A stretch of DNA of 61,147 nucleotides, counting the filler, from Perkinsus olseni (taxonomy: Eukaryota), in the NCBI GenBank assembly GCA_013115125.1. It is 13 parts of 13 records of this genome, joined end to end, with 100 filler letters (N's around TTAATTAATTAA, not from the genome) between each part and the next. Parts side by side here need not be neighbours in the genome. Positions count along the whole stretch, not along the records: positions 47,298 to 51,849 come from JABANN010001260.1; positions 51,950 to 56,499 come from JABANN010001261.1; positions 56,600 to 61,147 come from JABANN010001262.1; 10 more parts are not named here. One strand, 5' to 3'. Positions within the stretch are counted from its first letter, which is position 1; every line of letters starts with the position of its first letter. Under the pieces are notes generated by a model. That model was not told where the DNA came from. It made no database searches and saw only the letters and a program-made list of their open reading frames with translations. Of this stretch, positions 50,520 through 61,147 are shown piece by piece. The position numbers and the translations under genes were made by a program.

Positions 50520-51849
50520 TGATGGCGGCTGCGTTGTGGCATATCCTGCGGGACTCGGCAGCGCCTTCCACCCTAGAGGGCCGTCTCTATAGTCCTTCTA
50601 CCTAGAATTGAGCTGCCGCATCAGCCATGCCTCGTCAGCGGAAGCATCGGCACAGCGTGGAAGGCAAACGGGGTCACTCTTCCCCCAGGGGGACATCAGC
50701 CTCGCAAAGGAGCACTGCGGCTTCTTCGACCCCCCTCCGGCCCTCTCGCCTCGAGTCAGCCTTTGGCGCTGGAAGCTCCTCACCCGATGAGCACTATAAG
50801 GGGAGTATCCTCCCAGCCCAGCTCCAGGTGATGATCTCCTCGCAAGGGCCAATGCTGGTCATCTCGCAAGCTCCGTTCACCCCAGGTCGTTTTGGACGTC
50901 GCTCTGGCCGGTCAGCCTACCATCAGGGCACGTGAACGCAGGCTGCGTTTCTCGAGTGGCTTGCCCCTCTATGAGGTCTTCCTCGTCCTCGAATCTCGGG
51001 CGATGTTACGGTGCGGGCGCGGCCGAGCTGCATTCACTTTGAGGGTGGTATCGCCCCAGGGCCATACCCGCGGTGCTCCTTTGGACTCTGCTACCCTAGA
51101 GAGCGCCAGCATATGGGGCGGCTCCCTGCGAGTGATCGTTGATTGGGAGGGCTCCGATCATGGGTGGCTCGTGCATGCCCGAGTTGTGAGAATCCAAAGG
51201 ACATTTAGGAGGTGGCTGGACAGGTGCCGTAGTCACGCCGCTGCCACCAAGCTGCAGGTGAGGCAGCACCCTACGTAGCCTGCGGCCATTGCCGATCATT
51301 CAGACATTCTTAAGAAGCCGCCTCCTCTCGGACTTACTCCGTCGCGTCAACGCAGCTATTCGGGGCCTATCCAGAATTCGTGGTATCACTGGACCGATAG
51401 TAAGGCGTACTGTTACATCTTCTCCTACCCTTTCCGACTGCCGTCAGTTGTCAAACCTCTGTACTCTAGGTAGTGCCACTGGTCCCCAGCAGTGCTCCGC
51501 CCTACGTCCTGCCGATGATACGACTCTGCCTCACTGTGATCTCGACCGTTCCCTCTAATGCCCCCGGCATGAACTCTTCTATTCTTTCCCTCCTTGGCCT
51601 TTTATCGGAGTGGCTCCTCGGTGCCTTACGAGCCTACCTCCATCATGAGATCGTAGCTCGCTACAGAGAAGCTGTAGCCGAGGTTGTGGCAGCAGTGATG
51701 TCTGAAGGTGGCAGGCCCTTCAAGGCCCTCACAGAACTACAGCGACTCAGACGAGAGTTCTTCCTGCGCCCACTCAAGGAGCTATTAGGCTCCCAGGTAG
51801 GCCCAGCAAACCTCACGTACCCCATTCCATTCCCCATTCCCCCTTAGGT
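50520..51849 (+). CDS. Partial multi-exon IQ-motif protein
   Basis: VVRIQRTFRRWLDR and AATKLQ/TFLRSRL (split by a GT-AG intron). Start uncertain; 3' end truncated. Confidence 0.45.
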
Positions 51850-51949
51850 NNNNNNNNNNNNNNNNNNNNNNNNNNNNNNNNNNNNNNNNNNNNTTAATTA
51901 ATTAANNNNNNNNNNNNNNNNNNNNNNNNNNNNNNNNNNNNNNNNNNNN

Positions 51950-52020
51950 TCGTTTCGGTCTCGGGTCCGAGAACGAGCGAGAACCGAGAATCTCGTTTGA
52001 CCGAGTCCCGGTGCGCAGGT
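51950..52020 (-). mobile_element. Foreign repeat-rich sequence interrupting the Gypsy integrase (possible DNA-element end)
   Basis: Integrase similarity stops after ALYQLF. The sequence continues AGACCTGCGCACCGG… with repeated CTCGG/CGAG motifs. Confidence 0.45.
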
Positions 52021-55000
52021 CTTATTTTAAATAAGAAGAGCTGGTACAGTGCTTGTCCTACATCCTTCCACGAGTGTTGCCGTAGAGGAACAACGTGAGC
52101 CCACTTCGTAAAATAGTCTTGTACCACCAGCAGCGTCGAAATTCCATCCACATTTTCGGGCACCGATAACAAGTCCACTCCAATAGTTTCCCACGGACGA
52201 CCAACCGGAATAGGCTTCAAAGGTGCCGGTGGTGGTGAAGGCCTCTTAGCGTTAATACACTGCATGCAACCAGCCAGATGCTGCTCGATATCCTGAGCCA
52301 TACCTGGCCAATACGCAAAGCCCTGTACCTTGTCCAACATACGTTGAAAACCACCGACATGGTCCTCGTCCTCGTGGAATCGCACAAGCAGATCCTGACG
52401 CAAGGACTGTGGTACCACCGGGACCCATCGAACGTCAGTATACGGAGAAGGCTTCATTTCTCTCACGAGTATACCATCTGAGAGTCCCAAGGTACGCCAA
52501 ACACGCTTGAACGGCACGAAGCTAGAGTCCTTCAACTCATCTCTACGTAGCGGTGTAGGGTCCACCACGCGTAAGGAAACTCGACTCAATACCGGGCAAG
52601 CTGCCTGCGCAGTCCGTAACTCCTCGAGGGTATTAGCCGGGTGCAGGGTCAGAGCTCCAGCCACTGGTAGAGGTCGACCACAAGGAACGTCATCGGCAGG
52701 TACCTTACGATCTCCATCATAGCCCACCAGCCCACCATTATCCAGAGAGGTAGGAACAATAGCCCCCAAAGCTTTAGTAGGCTTCGCTAACAGAGTTTCT
52801 TCTTCCCTCTCTCGCTGCCGAATACGCGATAACGCATCCGCGCGCACGTCGGTAGAGCCCGGGATATACCTGACCGTAAATTTGTACTGCTGTAGAGCCA
52901 AACACCAGCGGTGCAGCTTCGCAGACGTAGCCGTCTGTATCCACTGCAACGGCCTATGGTCCGAGTAGATGGTCACCTCTAGCGGGTAGCCCAAATAGAA
53001 GTGCCGGAAACGATCTAAGCACTTCATTAAGGCATACGCTTCTTTCTCGTAGGCCGGCCAATTTAACTGAGAGCCCGTCAGTGTCTGACTAAAGAACATC
53101 AGAGGCCTTCCGTCCTGTTCTATGACACCTCCGATCGCAAAATCCGAAGCGTCGCAAACAATCTGGAAGGGTCTCGTGAAGTCTGGATAGTCCAAACTAG
53201 GCAACCCAGTTAACGCCTGCTTGAGATCACTGAAGGCTTGTTCATGATCTTGAGCCCAAAGTTCCACCACCATCTTTTCCGACTTAGCGGTATCCTTTAC
53301 CAGTTGGTGTAGGGGTCGTGCCCGATCCGAGAAATGAGGGATAAAGTGTCGGTAATAACCAGCCAAGCCCAAAAACCCACGTAGCTCCGTACACGTAGAA
53401 AGCGTCGGCCAGTCCACAATAGCCCGGACTTTCTCTGGGTCAGGACGCATTCCCCCAGAATCGAACGTATGGCCCAGATAATGTACCGAAGACATACCGA
53501 AACTGCACTTCTCACCCGAGAGCGTGAGTCCTGCAGCCCGTAGCGCGTCGAAGACCTGACGTAAGTGGTCTAAGTGCTCTTCCACCGACTTAGAGAAGAC
53601 TAAGATATCATCCAAATAAACTCTAACGAAGGGTAAGTGACCCACGATAAAGTCCATCAACCGTTGGAACCCAGCGGGTGCATTACACAGCCCGAAAGGC
53701 ATCCTAGTCCACTCGTATAAGGGAAACCCAGGCCCTGGGCAAAATGCCGTCTTGTGTCGGTCCACAGGCATCTGCCAATACCCTGACCTTAAGTTCAAAG
53801 TAGAAAAGACCTTTGCTCCAGCCAAATGCTCTTGGACGTCGTCCGGTCTAGGGATGGGATATGCATCGATAACCGATACTTGATTAAGCCGACGATAATC
53901 AATACACATCCTCACCGCACCATTCTTCTTTGGAACGTAGACACAAGGAAACTTGTAAGCAGACGTCGACCGTTGGATAATCTCATCCTTTTCCATGGTT
54001 TCTAAAGTCCGCGTGATCTCATCCCTCCACTTATGAGGAATAGGCCGCGGCTTCTCCGCTATGGGACGAGAGTCTGTCACCGGAATAGAGTGCTCCATTG
54101 CCGTTGAGAGTCCCGGTCGGTTGACGAACAAGTCCACGAACTCCGTGCATAACGAATGATACTTGTCACCATCAGCATCCTTATCGGGTAGCGTAGGCAG
54201 CGTAGTTGACTCATCATGGAAGTCGGGAACAGCGAACTCGAGAGCCCTTGCCAAGTCGTCCTCTTGGAGACCGTCGTCACCAGCACCATTTGGAGGCCAG
54301 TTCGTAGGAGGAGTCGGGGTGGACGAGGTGTCTTGTTCTGGTCTGAAGCGAAGTGGCCGAGTCGTATGGCCCTCGCCTTCGCGAGGAGAGGAAGGGGACG
54401 AAGAAGAAGAAGAATCATCACCTGGCAACAGGGCACCCAACACCGGTTTCCCCGCATGATGGTCCAAGTCCGACGTAGCTATATCCCAAATTCCGACTGG
54501 GACTCTATACGAAGACCTAGCCCCTTTTCCTTCCCCCATCAAGACAGACACAGATACACTCGGTGACTCTAGGGGATCCACCTCGGGGGTAGTCTGTACA
54601 GCCACAGACACTCCCGTGGAACCCTTCACCGATCCATCCTTTTTCAAGTCCTTGTCAAAATCTACATCACGTCGGCCCTTAGCTTTTAGTGAAGCCGCGG
54701 CGCCGAGCAACGGTATAGACCCGAAACAAGGATGTACTAGAGGAGCCGAACAAGAAAGCGGTGAGCCCTCAAATCTCAGAGGAACTCCTGAAGAATATCG
54801 AGGCTCCATCCCGAAATTCCTCATAAAATCATGTCCAATGACAATCTTGTGAGCCAGGTTACTCACTACAAGTACGACGACTTCAAAAACAGCTGAGTCA
54901 GTCGACGGATCATGAACGATTGAGGGTGAATCCCACAATTTCAACCGTACCCGACTGGCTCCTAAAACGGTAAAAGGTTTCTCATCAATAGTAACAAGTC

Positions 55001-55226
55001 CCATAGAAGGACACGGAACAATAGTAGCATCACTAGGCAAAGTCTGACGATCAACAATGGTATAACAACTGCCCGTATCAATAAAAGCTTTCGTCGCCGA
55101 AGACTCATTGCTCGGAGTTGACAAAATCGCGTGTAAAAACAGTCCAACCTCAAGACCAAAAGTCCTGAGGCTGATAGCCGGGTCCGGCGGCTGAGGACCC
55201 CTCATCAGCCGCCGGTCTAGTTTCCC
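52021..55226 (-). CDS. pol: Ty3/Gypsy Pol (protease-RT-RNase H-integrase, 3' truncated)
   Basis: FIDTGS, RMCIDYRRLN, MPFGL, YLDD, CDASD, EKEAYA, YSDHRPL, ADALSR, H…H…YWPGM…CMQC and GVDL, in Gypsy domain order. Confidence 0.96.
55184..55226 (-). promoter_or_regulatory. -1 programmed ribosomal frameshift signal
   Basis: Slippery G GGA AAC just before the gag TAG, then the stem CCGGCGGCTGA/TCAGCCGCCGG. Pol lies in the -1 frame and is open through the site. Confidence 0.85.
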
Positions 55227-56383
55227 GACTTCGGGGCCTCCTCCTTGGAGGAACCCCTCTGGCTCTTCAACAATGACTTAGGGCATTGTCTAGCCATATG
55301 ACCACCGTCACCACAGAGATAACAACCCTTATCAAACTGCTTCAAAGGACAATTCCTGGTGATGTGTCCACTCATACATATACCACACTTGACCGGTCCT
55401 CTAAATTTCGGACGGCCGGAAGGAGCCTTAGACGCCAACTCCTTCTCCAAGGCGGCAACCTTCTCCTTAAGCTTGACGGTAAGGTCCGGGGTGGAGGGCG
55501 GTGGTTGCGCCCCAGAAGTGACAGCCGCCATAACCTTGGCCAACTTGTTGTCCAAACGGTCCTCGAACCTCTGTAAAGTGGAAGCCGGTAACGCAGAAGC
55601 CCCTTGACCAGAGTCCGTGTAGTCGCTGACAATGTCCACCATCTCCTCAATACTCGTCGGCTTAGTCTTCTTCAACTCAGCTTTGGCCGCCAGTGGTGCC
55701 ACAGAGATGAGCTTGTCCAAAACCATCTGGTCCACAGCCGCAGTAGGCAACCGCCTCTCAGCCGGAAGCTTCCGGTTATAGTCCTCCAAGACCCGTCGCG
55801 CTCGCGCGAGGAAGACCGACAGGTTGGTTTCACCAGTCCACTTCAAGGCGTAGAACTTTTCTAAAGACGCATCCGTTGTAGTCCGCGAGAAGACATGCGA
55901 CAAAATCCGACAGTCCTTATCAAAGTCCTCCTTCGAAGCGTACTGGTCCCAGCTCTCGTAGAAATCGTCGGACAAATACATACCCAACCTTAAGGCCTTG
56001 GTCGCGGCGTTCCACCCGGCCGCATTGGCAGTATTCTCATAACGCCTTAACCAAGCCCGGAAGTCCGTGTCGCCATTATAACGAATAGACACCCTAACGT
56101 TCTCTTTCACCGTCGAAGCCGTGGTCCCGTCCCTCGGGCTAGGAGTGGCTACCCCGTCCGAGCCTCGATTGGCCGATGAAGACGAGGTAGATGCCTTCAA
56201 GCGCTTAACCTCCTCCTCCGCCTGCTCGTACAGAGTATTTAGATTCCGAGCTTGTTCCACAGCCCGGTTAACCATAATAGTCACAACTTCCTCCTCAAGG
56301 TCCTCGCCGGCGACCGCTTCGCGCACTTCCGCTTCCACCTTGGCCAAGTCCAACTTCTCAAAGGTAGAACCAGGATTAGCCAT
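55217..56383 (-). CDS. gag: Ty3/Gypsy Gag, 388 aa
   Basis: YNGDTDFRAWLRRYE capsid-like segment; zinc knuckles CGICMSGHITRNC and CYLCGDGGHMARQC. Confidence 0.93.
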   Translation of the reverse strand: MANPGSTFEKLDLAKVEAEVREAVAGEDLEEEVVTIMVNRAVEQARNLNTLYEQAEEEVKRLKASTSSSSANRGSDGVATPSPRDGTTASTVKENVRVSIRYNGDTDFRAWLRRYENTANAAGWNAATKALRLGMYLSDDFYESWDQYASKEDFDKDCRILSHVFSRTTTDASLEKFYALKWTGETNLSVFLARARRVLEDYNRKLPAERRLPTAAVDQMVLDKLISVAPLAAKAELKKTKPTSIEEMVDIVSDYTDSGQGASALPASTLQRFEDRLDNKLAKVMAAVTSGAQPPPSTPDLTVKLKEKVAALEKELASKAPSGRPKFRGPVKCGICMSGHITRNCPLKQFDKGCYLCGDGGHMARQCPKSLLKSQRGSSKEEAPKSGN

Positions 56384-56439
56384 AGTACTTGTAGTAGATG
56401 TTCAAGACCTCTTTTGACTCGTTCTCTTAGTAACAAGGA

Positions 56440-56499
56440 GCTGCTACCAGAATGTGAGCGTCTTCGTTGACGATACTTTCCCGAGTCACTTAAGAACCC
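56440..56499 (-). mobile_element. Primer-binding site TGGTAGCAGC (initiator tRNA-Met type) and end of the 5' LTR
   Basis: Minus strand …CTCACA-TTC-TGGTAGCAGC. LTR truncated by spacer. Confidence 0.8.
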
Positions 56500-57328
56500 N
56501 NNNNNNNNNNNNNNNNNNNNNNNNNNNNNNNNNNNNNNNNNNNTTAATTAATTAANNNNNNNNNNNNNNNNNNNNNNNNNNNNNNNNNNNNNNNNNNNNC
56601 ATTTTGTTATGGCCAGCGGCCCAGCATGATGATGTCTTTACCGCGCGTGAAAGAGCTATTATAGTCGAGTTCGTCGGAGGAAGTTGATTGCGAGGTACGT
56701 GAGAGAACCGACAGGTGGTGCAACACTATACTCCCCACCGGCATCCCCCATCAGGAAGCCTGCGCTAGGCGACTTGCGGCCTTCTCGAATATTGGCCCAT
56801 GATGTGCATCCTCGCATGATTCGTTTGACGGAGTGGACTATAGATTGCTGTGATGGGATCAGCTGAATCGATCTCTAAGAACGGACTAAAGGAGGTCTTC
56901 CCATCCATGGCAATCATCATGTAACGAGCGATGATGGTTTGAGCTTATTTTACCCCGAGATTTCGTTTGACACATTGTGGTGATTTTAGGGTAACGCTTG
57001 GCTGTAGCAATGGCGTTTGATGAAGCGACAGCACCGAGTAATAACCCCTGAAACTACCGAGTGGCAACGCAAAGCATAGATCCGTAACGACTGTGAGAAA
57101 AGTTCGTCAGATAGTTACTCGTCTTACGTTATTATGGACGGTGCAGAGAGCGTAAAGCTATTGCAAACTCATGGAAAAAAATGTTTGGGCTCGGGAGGCC
57201 CAAACAATACTAGAAACGGTCTGCCACTCACTGGCTACTTCCTAGAACTAAGCCTCACGTGTGGCAAGAGGAAACAGAATGCTCGGCGCCGTTCACGGCC
57301 GGCAGTATTTCTGGGAATAGTGAACCGT

Positions 57329-58201
57329 TTACAGAGGGTGTCTGTAAAGGCGATCGTATGGGTACTCGCCGAAGGCAAACAGAATATCAGGAGTGGCAAA
57401 CCTCACCGTCTCGAAATCCTGGAGTGCGTAGGAGTTTCGCCATAAAGGACAAGCAACTTCAAAACTATGTAAGTGTTCCCATGCAGTATCACCACTTGGT
57501 GTAGGTGTCAGCAAGTAGGGCTCACCAGGACCCTTCGCTACCAGTTGATAGGGCTTCCATTCAGTCTCTCCTGCAGGGTATCCATCTCCGGCTCTGCAAC
57601 CAAGCTTCACTTGAACGAATCCATCGGCTTGAATATAGTAGTACAGCCTGAGGCTTGATACTGAAGAGTTGGTCGCGTACCTTCCTGGATTCAACGGGAG
57701 CCACCGCCGCTTGAGGACCTTGAGATCATCGTGGAGATTGGTTTCTACGTTGCCGTTTCCAACGACATCGAATTCCATAAAGTCCCAGTCAGAGATGTAG
57801 ACACCGGGGCACACAGCGCGAGCATTGTCGAGCCACGTCTTACGGCGGACGTGCCCGGGCGGAAACTCGAGGAGTTGGTCGTATTTGGGATCGTCTTCAA
57901 ACTTCTGAAGTGGGAACCAACCATCTCGGTATGGACCTCTACCACAGTCTATCTCAAACATACATCTACCGTCCTTGGTGACATTTAAGATCATCGTGAC
58001 CTTCTTAGACCGGTAGACGAAGTCTCCGTAATCTATCTGATATCGACCCTCTGATGGCCGGCTAGTGGGCTTCCCCCTAGATGGCGTAGTCGGGGGAGCA
58101 CGCGTCGTCCTCTTGGAAGGTGGAACGTGGCGCTCATTTCCGCCGCCGCCAAGGATCAGAGAGGATAAGCAGGAAAACACAACGATAAATGGGAGACGCA
58201 T
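57329..58201 (-). CDS. Secreted hypothetical protein, 290 aa (paralog of 59648-60466)
   Basis: Signal peptide, P/T/R-rich linker, shared motifs YG.FVY.SK, WLPL..GRY, LGC.A and VRFATPDI…YDRL.RHP. Confidence 0.88.
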   Translation of the reverse strand: MRLPFIVVFSCLSSLILGGGGNERHVPPSKRTTRAPPTTPSRGKPTSRPSEGRYQIDYGDFVYRSKKVTMILNVTKDGRCMFEIDCGRGPYRDGWFPLQKFEDDPKYDQLLEFPPGHVRRKTWLDNARAVCPGVYISDWDFMEFDVVGNGNVETNLHDDLKVLKRRWLPLNPGRYATNSSVSSLRLYYYIQADGFVQVKLGCRAGDGYPAGETEWKPYQLVAKGPGEPYLLTPTPSGDTAWEHLHSFEVACPLWRNSYALQDFETVRFATPDILFAFGEYPYDRLYRHPL

Positions 58202-59647
58202 AATAGAATTGTAAAAACCTACGTGCAGAGAGAGTGATGAACAGGATGACTAGTACGAAGAACGAGGCTACTGTGAGCAACTTCAGGGGCCAACCGGCTA
58301 CTGTTCAACAGGGACTGTCGCCCCTCCATGGAGTGGCCTCCATCGAATGCCGGTAGCTAGCCTCACTTGCTAAGACCGGAGCATTGCTGGTGACGTCTTA
58401 GCCTACCCACTCTTGGCCATACGCCTGCATCACGGGAACCGATCGTGACGACGACGAAGGGCGGCTGTCTACTGTTCACCAAAGACCACACTGTTGGAGC
58501 AATCCCTCGTGTTGATGGGACGACTGTGAAAGGACCCCAGTCGACTAACCGTGAGTATATCACAAAGACTCCGTGGATCGTCCACGCATATCATGATTCT
58601 GCAATCCCAAAGATGGACACGTGACGTCCAGGACAAGGGAGCTGCTCCGCGGTGACGTAATCCGGTTGCTGCCGAGTGCACTCAGGCTTCTCCACATGTC
58701 AGGTCACGGAGCTAGCAAGCCGGTGGTCGGGCACTGCACCACGACTGAGGTTTGATTCTGTTAGAAGGGCATGAGGAGGTCTGGGGCTAAGTTTCGGCGA
58801 AACTGTTTCGCATCTTTTCTCTCCAAGACAGACGTACGGCCGAAACTCGCATCAATAGCACAAGTGTCATCCTTTCCTACCCCTCTTCAAGGTGGTAGTC
58901 GGGACACTCTCCGCGTCAGCTTTTGATTCAGATTCGACTGCACGACGACGTCTCCGGGAGCGTCGAAGTTCTATCGTGGTACAGACTGTAAATCTAGAAT
59001 CATCCGAACAAGAGCTCTAGTCTTGAGTTGGAAGTGGAGTGGAGTATCCGTCGTCGCGGAAGTGGCACAATCACCGAAGAAGTTCTCAGATGATGGACAT
59101 AACGTCTGGCGCGTTATGAACACTACCCGTTATACACCACGTGTGCACAACTCGTTCCGAGTTTAACTCGTTATGAACTTTCCTTCAGGCTATAACGCAT
59201 TTTGTTATGTGCTAAACACCAAGGTTTTATATAACTGTTATCGTGGCGGCTGTCACTCGCCACGCACTGCATTGTGATATTGTCTACTGCTAGGCTTGAA
59301 TGATCTATCATTCAAGTGTAAATGATTCATTGAGATTGGATAAGCGACCGAGGTTGACTTCTTCCATATGTGCGTATTGTGTTATCTGGATTACTATAGC
59401 GGAGGCGAAACTCCAATGCAGTCTACATCAGTCAGCGGTGACTCATTCAGGGACGTCGCTGAAATCATCAATGGCGGATGGGAACAACGTTATCGCGTGG
59501 TATAATACTGGTGACTCAAGACTTTCCCTATGAGCGGCCGTCGGGGAGATTATACGACTGCCGGCTTAGCACGGTTGGCGGTAACGATAGCCGAAAGCTA
59601 TTGAAAAACCCCCAGTAGAAAGTCGTTCAAAATAAGATGTAAACGCT

Positions 59648-60466
59648 TTAAACAGGGTGTCTGAAGAGACGGTCGTAGATGTAGTCTCCGAAGGCATACA
59701 TAATATCGGGAGTAGCGAACCTTACAGCCTTGAAGTCTTCTTCGAGATCAAAGGAGTCCTTCCAGACAGGACAAACTCGCCCGAATGTGTCAGCAAGATC
59801 TCTAACTGTGTCACTACGGCCGGGGTAGGATGTCAGCTCGTAGTGGTCTCCCTTACTAACGAGACGGAGAAGCTTGTAGCCAGTATCCCCTGCAGGAGTT
59901 GGAGGTTCCGCGGGGAAGTCACCTTCGGCAGGACGTCCTTCTGTTGCCTTGCAGCCAAGCCTCACATAAACGAGCCCGCTGGCGTAAACGTCGAATTGCA
60001 ATTTCAGCTGGGATTTCGAACCAGACAAATATCTTCCTTCCCTCAAGGGCAACCATTCACGTTTGAGAACGACGTAGTCATCCTCGAACTCAGTTTCCAG
60101 ATTGCCATCGCTATCAATGTAGAAGCTGTGGAAGTTGCCACTCTCGATGTGGAGTTGGGAGCACACCTGTTGACTGTAGTGTGTCAGTTTGCGTTGCTCG
60201 TAGGATCCAGAGGGGAACTCATTGATAACGTCAGGGTAGAGGCCTTCATCGTCGTCCTGAAGCCCCTGCATCTGGAACCAATCCCCTTCGTATAGACTTT
60301 CACATTCAATTGACAACCGGGCCATACCGTCCTCGGTGGTGTTGACGATCATCGCGACTGGACTCGCCTCCTTAGACTGGTAGACGAAGTTTCCGTATTC
60401 AACGGAGCTTTGCGCGCTAACAACGAAAGCAGCAGAGACGAGAGAGGCAATGAGGCGAATTGACAT
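59648..60466 (-). CDS. Secreted hypothetical protein, 272 aa (paralog of 57329-58201)
   Basis: Signal peptide MSIRLIASLVSAAFVVSA; same conserved motifs and Cys positions. Confidence 0.88.
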   Translation of the reverse strand: MSIRLIASLVSAAFVVSAQSSVEYGNFVYQSKEASPVAMIVNTTEDGMARLSIECESLYEGDWFQMQGLQDDDEGLYPDVINEFPSGSYEQRKLTHYSQQVCSQLHIESGNFHSFYIDSDGNLETEFEDDYVVLKREWLPLREGRYLSGSKSQLKLQFDVYASGLVYVRLGCKATEGRPAEGDFPAEPPTPAGDTGYKLLRLVSKGDHYELTSYPGRSDTVRDLADTFGRVCPVWKDSFDLEEDFKAVRFATPDIMYAFGDYIYDRLFRHPV

Positions 60467-60814
60467 AGTACGAAAGGAGCCTGCATGTGGGGGTAACGCA
60501 CGAGATGATAGACCCGGTGCCCTGGAGCACTCGGTGGGAGAGTTTGCGGCCGGATGGCCATGACAGCTAAGCTGTCATTGTCGCTTCGCGGATGATCAGG
60601 TATCTCTAGTGAGGCCCATGAGCAGCTCATGAGCCGGCTGAGTAGTTGATTTGAAAGTCTACCAGCCGTCTCGTCTCTGAATGGTTAACGGTAAACCGTC
60701 TACCGTGCCATCTGCGGTGCGATGCGACCGGGCGGGTTTAGTCCATTTTGGCCTGCGTCGTGTTGCTGCTGCTGTGGCTTAGCAGCAGTAACAGCTTCTA
60801 GGGGCAAAGCCCGA

Positions 60815-60944
60815 GGAGCGGCGGCTGGGACGAAGACCGCGAGGGTGGAAGAAGAGACACTGGAAAAGGCGGTCGAAGCCTTATGAGCAGGAAGACGTGA
60901 TGAGTATATCATGTATTGCTCATAATTAAGGACCGTTTCAATCG
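60815..60944. repeat. Dispersed repeat shared with 17575-17712
   Basis: Direct alignment by eye of ~130 bp. Confidence 0.75.
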
Positions 60945-61147
60945 ACGCCAAGATGCAGGTGACGATGGCCAATACAATGAGCAATGCAGATGATACTCAC
61001 GAGACGATCCCAAGAGGGGCAACACGGCCCATGTCAACCTGTCAACCATGTCAACTTCAAAACCAACTAAGCCAGCGATAACTTCTGGACCTCGAACTGG
61101 CACACACCGGATGTGTATCCACACTATTTGCCAACTGTGATATCGAA

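Noticed and set aside
59657-60295. 212-aa plus-strand ORF
   Set aside because: Antisense shadow of the well-supported secreted gene on the minus strand.
1-61147. CRISPR array or REP-like palindrome family
   Set aside because: The palindromes share no sequence, are not regularly spaced, and the context is eukaryotic with no cas genes.
1-61147. Perkinsus/dinoflagellate spliced-leader sequence or SL RNA gene
   Set aside because: No CCGTAGCCAT…GGCTCAAG match found by eye; a computational scan could still find degenerate relics.

Overview
Eukaryotic, ~50% GC sequence with short GT-AG introns, intronless secreted-protein families and many retroelement remnants. It is most consistent with a Perkinsus-like alveolate (inference only). 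The window is not contiguous. It is 13 pieces of ~4.55-4.67 kb joined by 100-bp N-TTAATTAATTAA-N spacers, and the 11 complete pieces decrease monotonically in size, so adjacency across spacers is meaningless. Genes: a 4-exon secreted LpqC/PHB-depolymerase-like esterase, a pepsin-like aspartyl protease, a multi-intron acyl-CoA dehydrogenase ending in a PTS1-like ARL, coiled-coil, Dpy-30 and IQ gene fragments, and several unrecognised secreted proteins. Mobile DNA: a Ty3/Gypsy element with an iMet-type PBS and a -1 frameshift signal, other Gypsy-like fragments, a BEL/Pao-like pol, a LINE RT remnant and a ~950-bp TIR element. The main unexplained signal is at least 14 unrelated short palindromic scars that all follow one rule: an 8-bp duplicated site whose two copies are each extended by an inverted copy centred on the complement of the innermost base. 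This matches the hairpin-mediated (P-nucleotide) excision footprint of hAT-type transposons. Two internal controls support it: an empty-site paralog and restoration of a gag reading frame.
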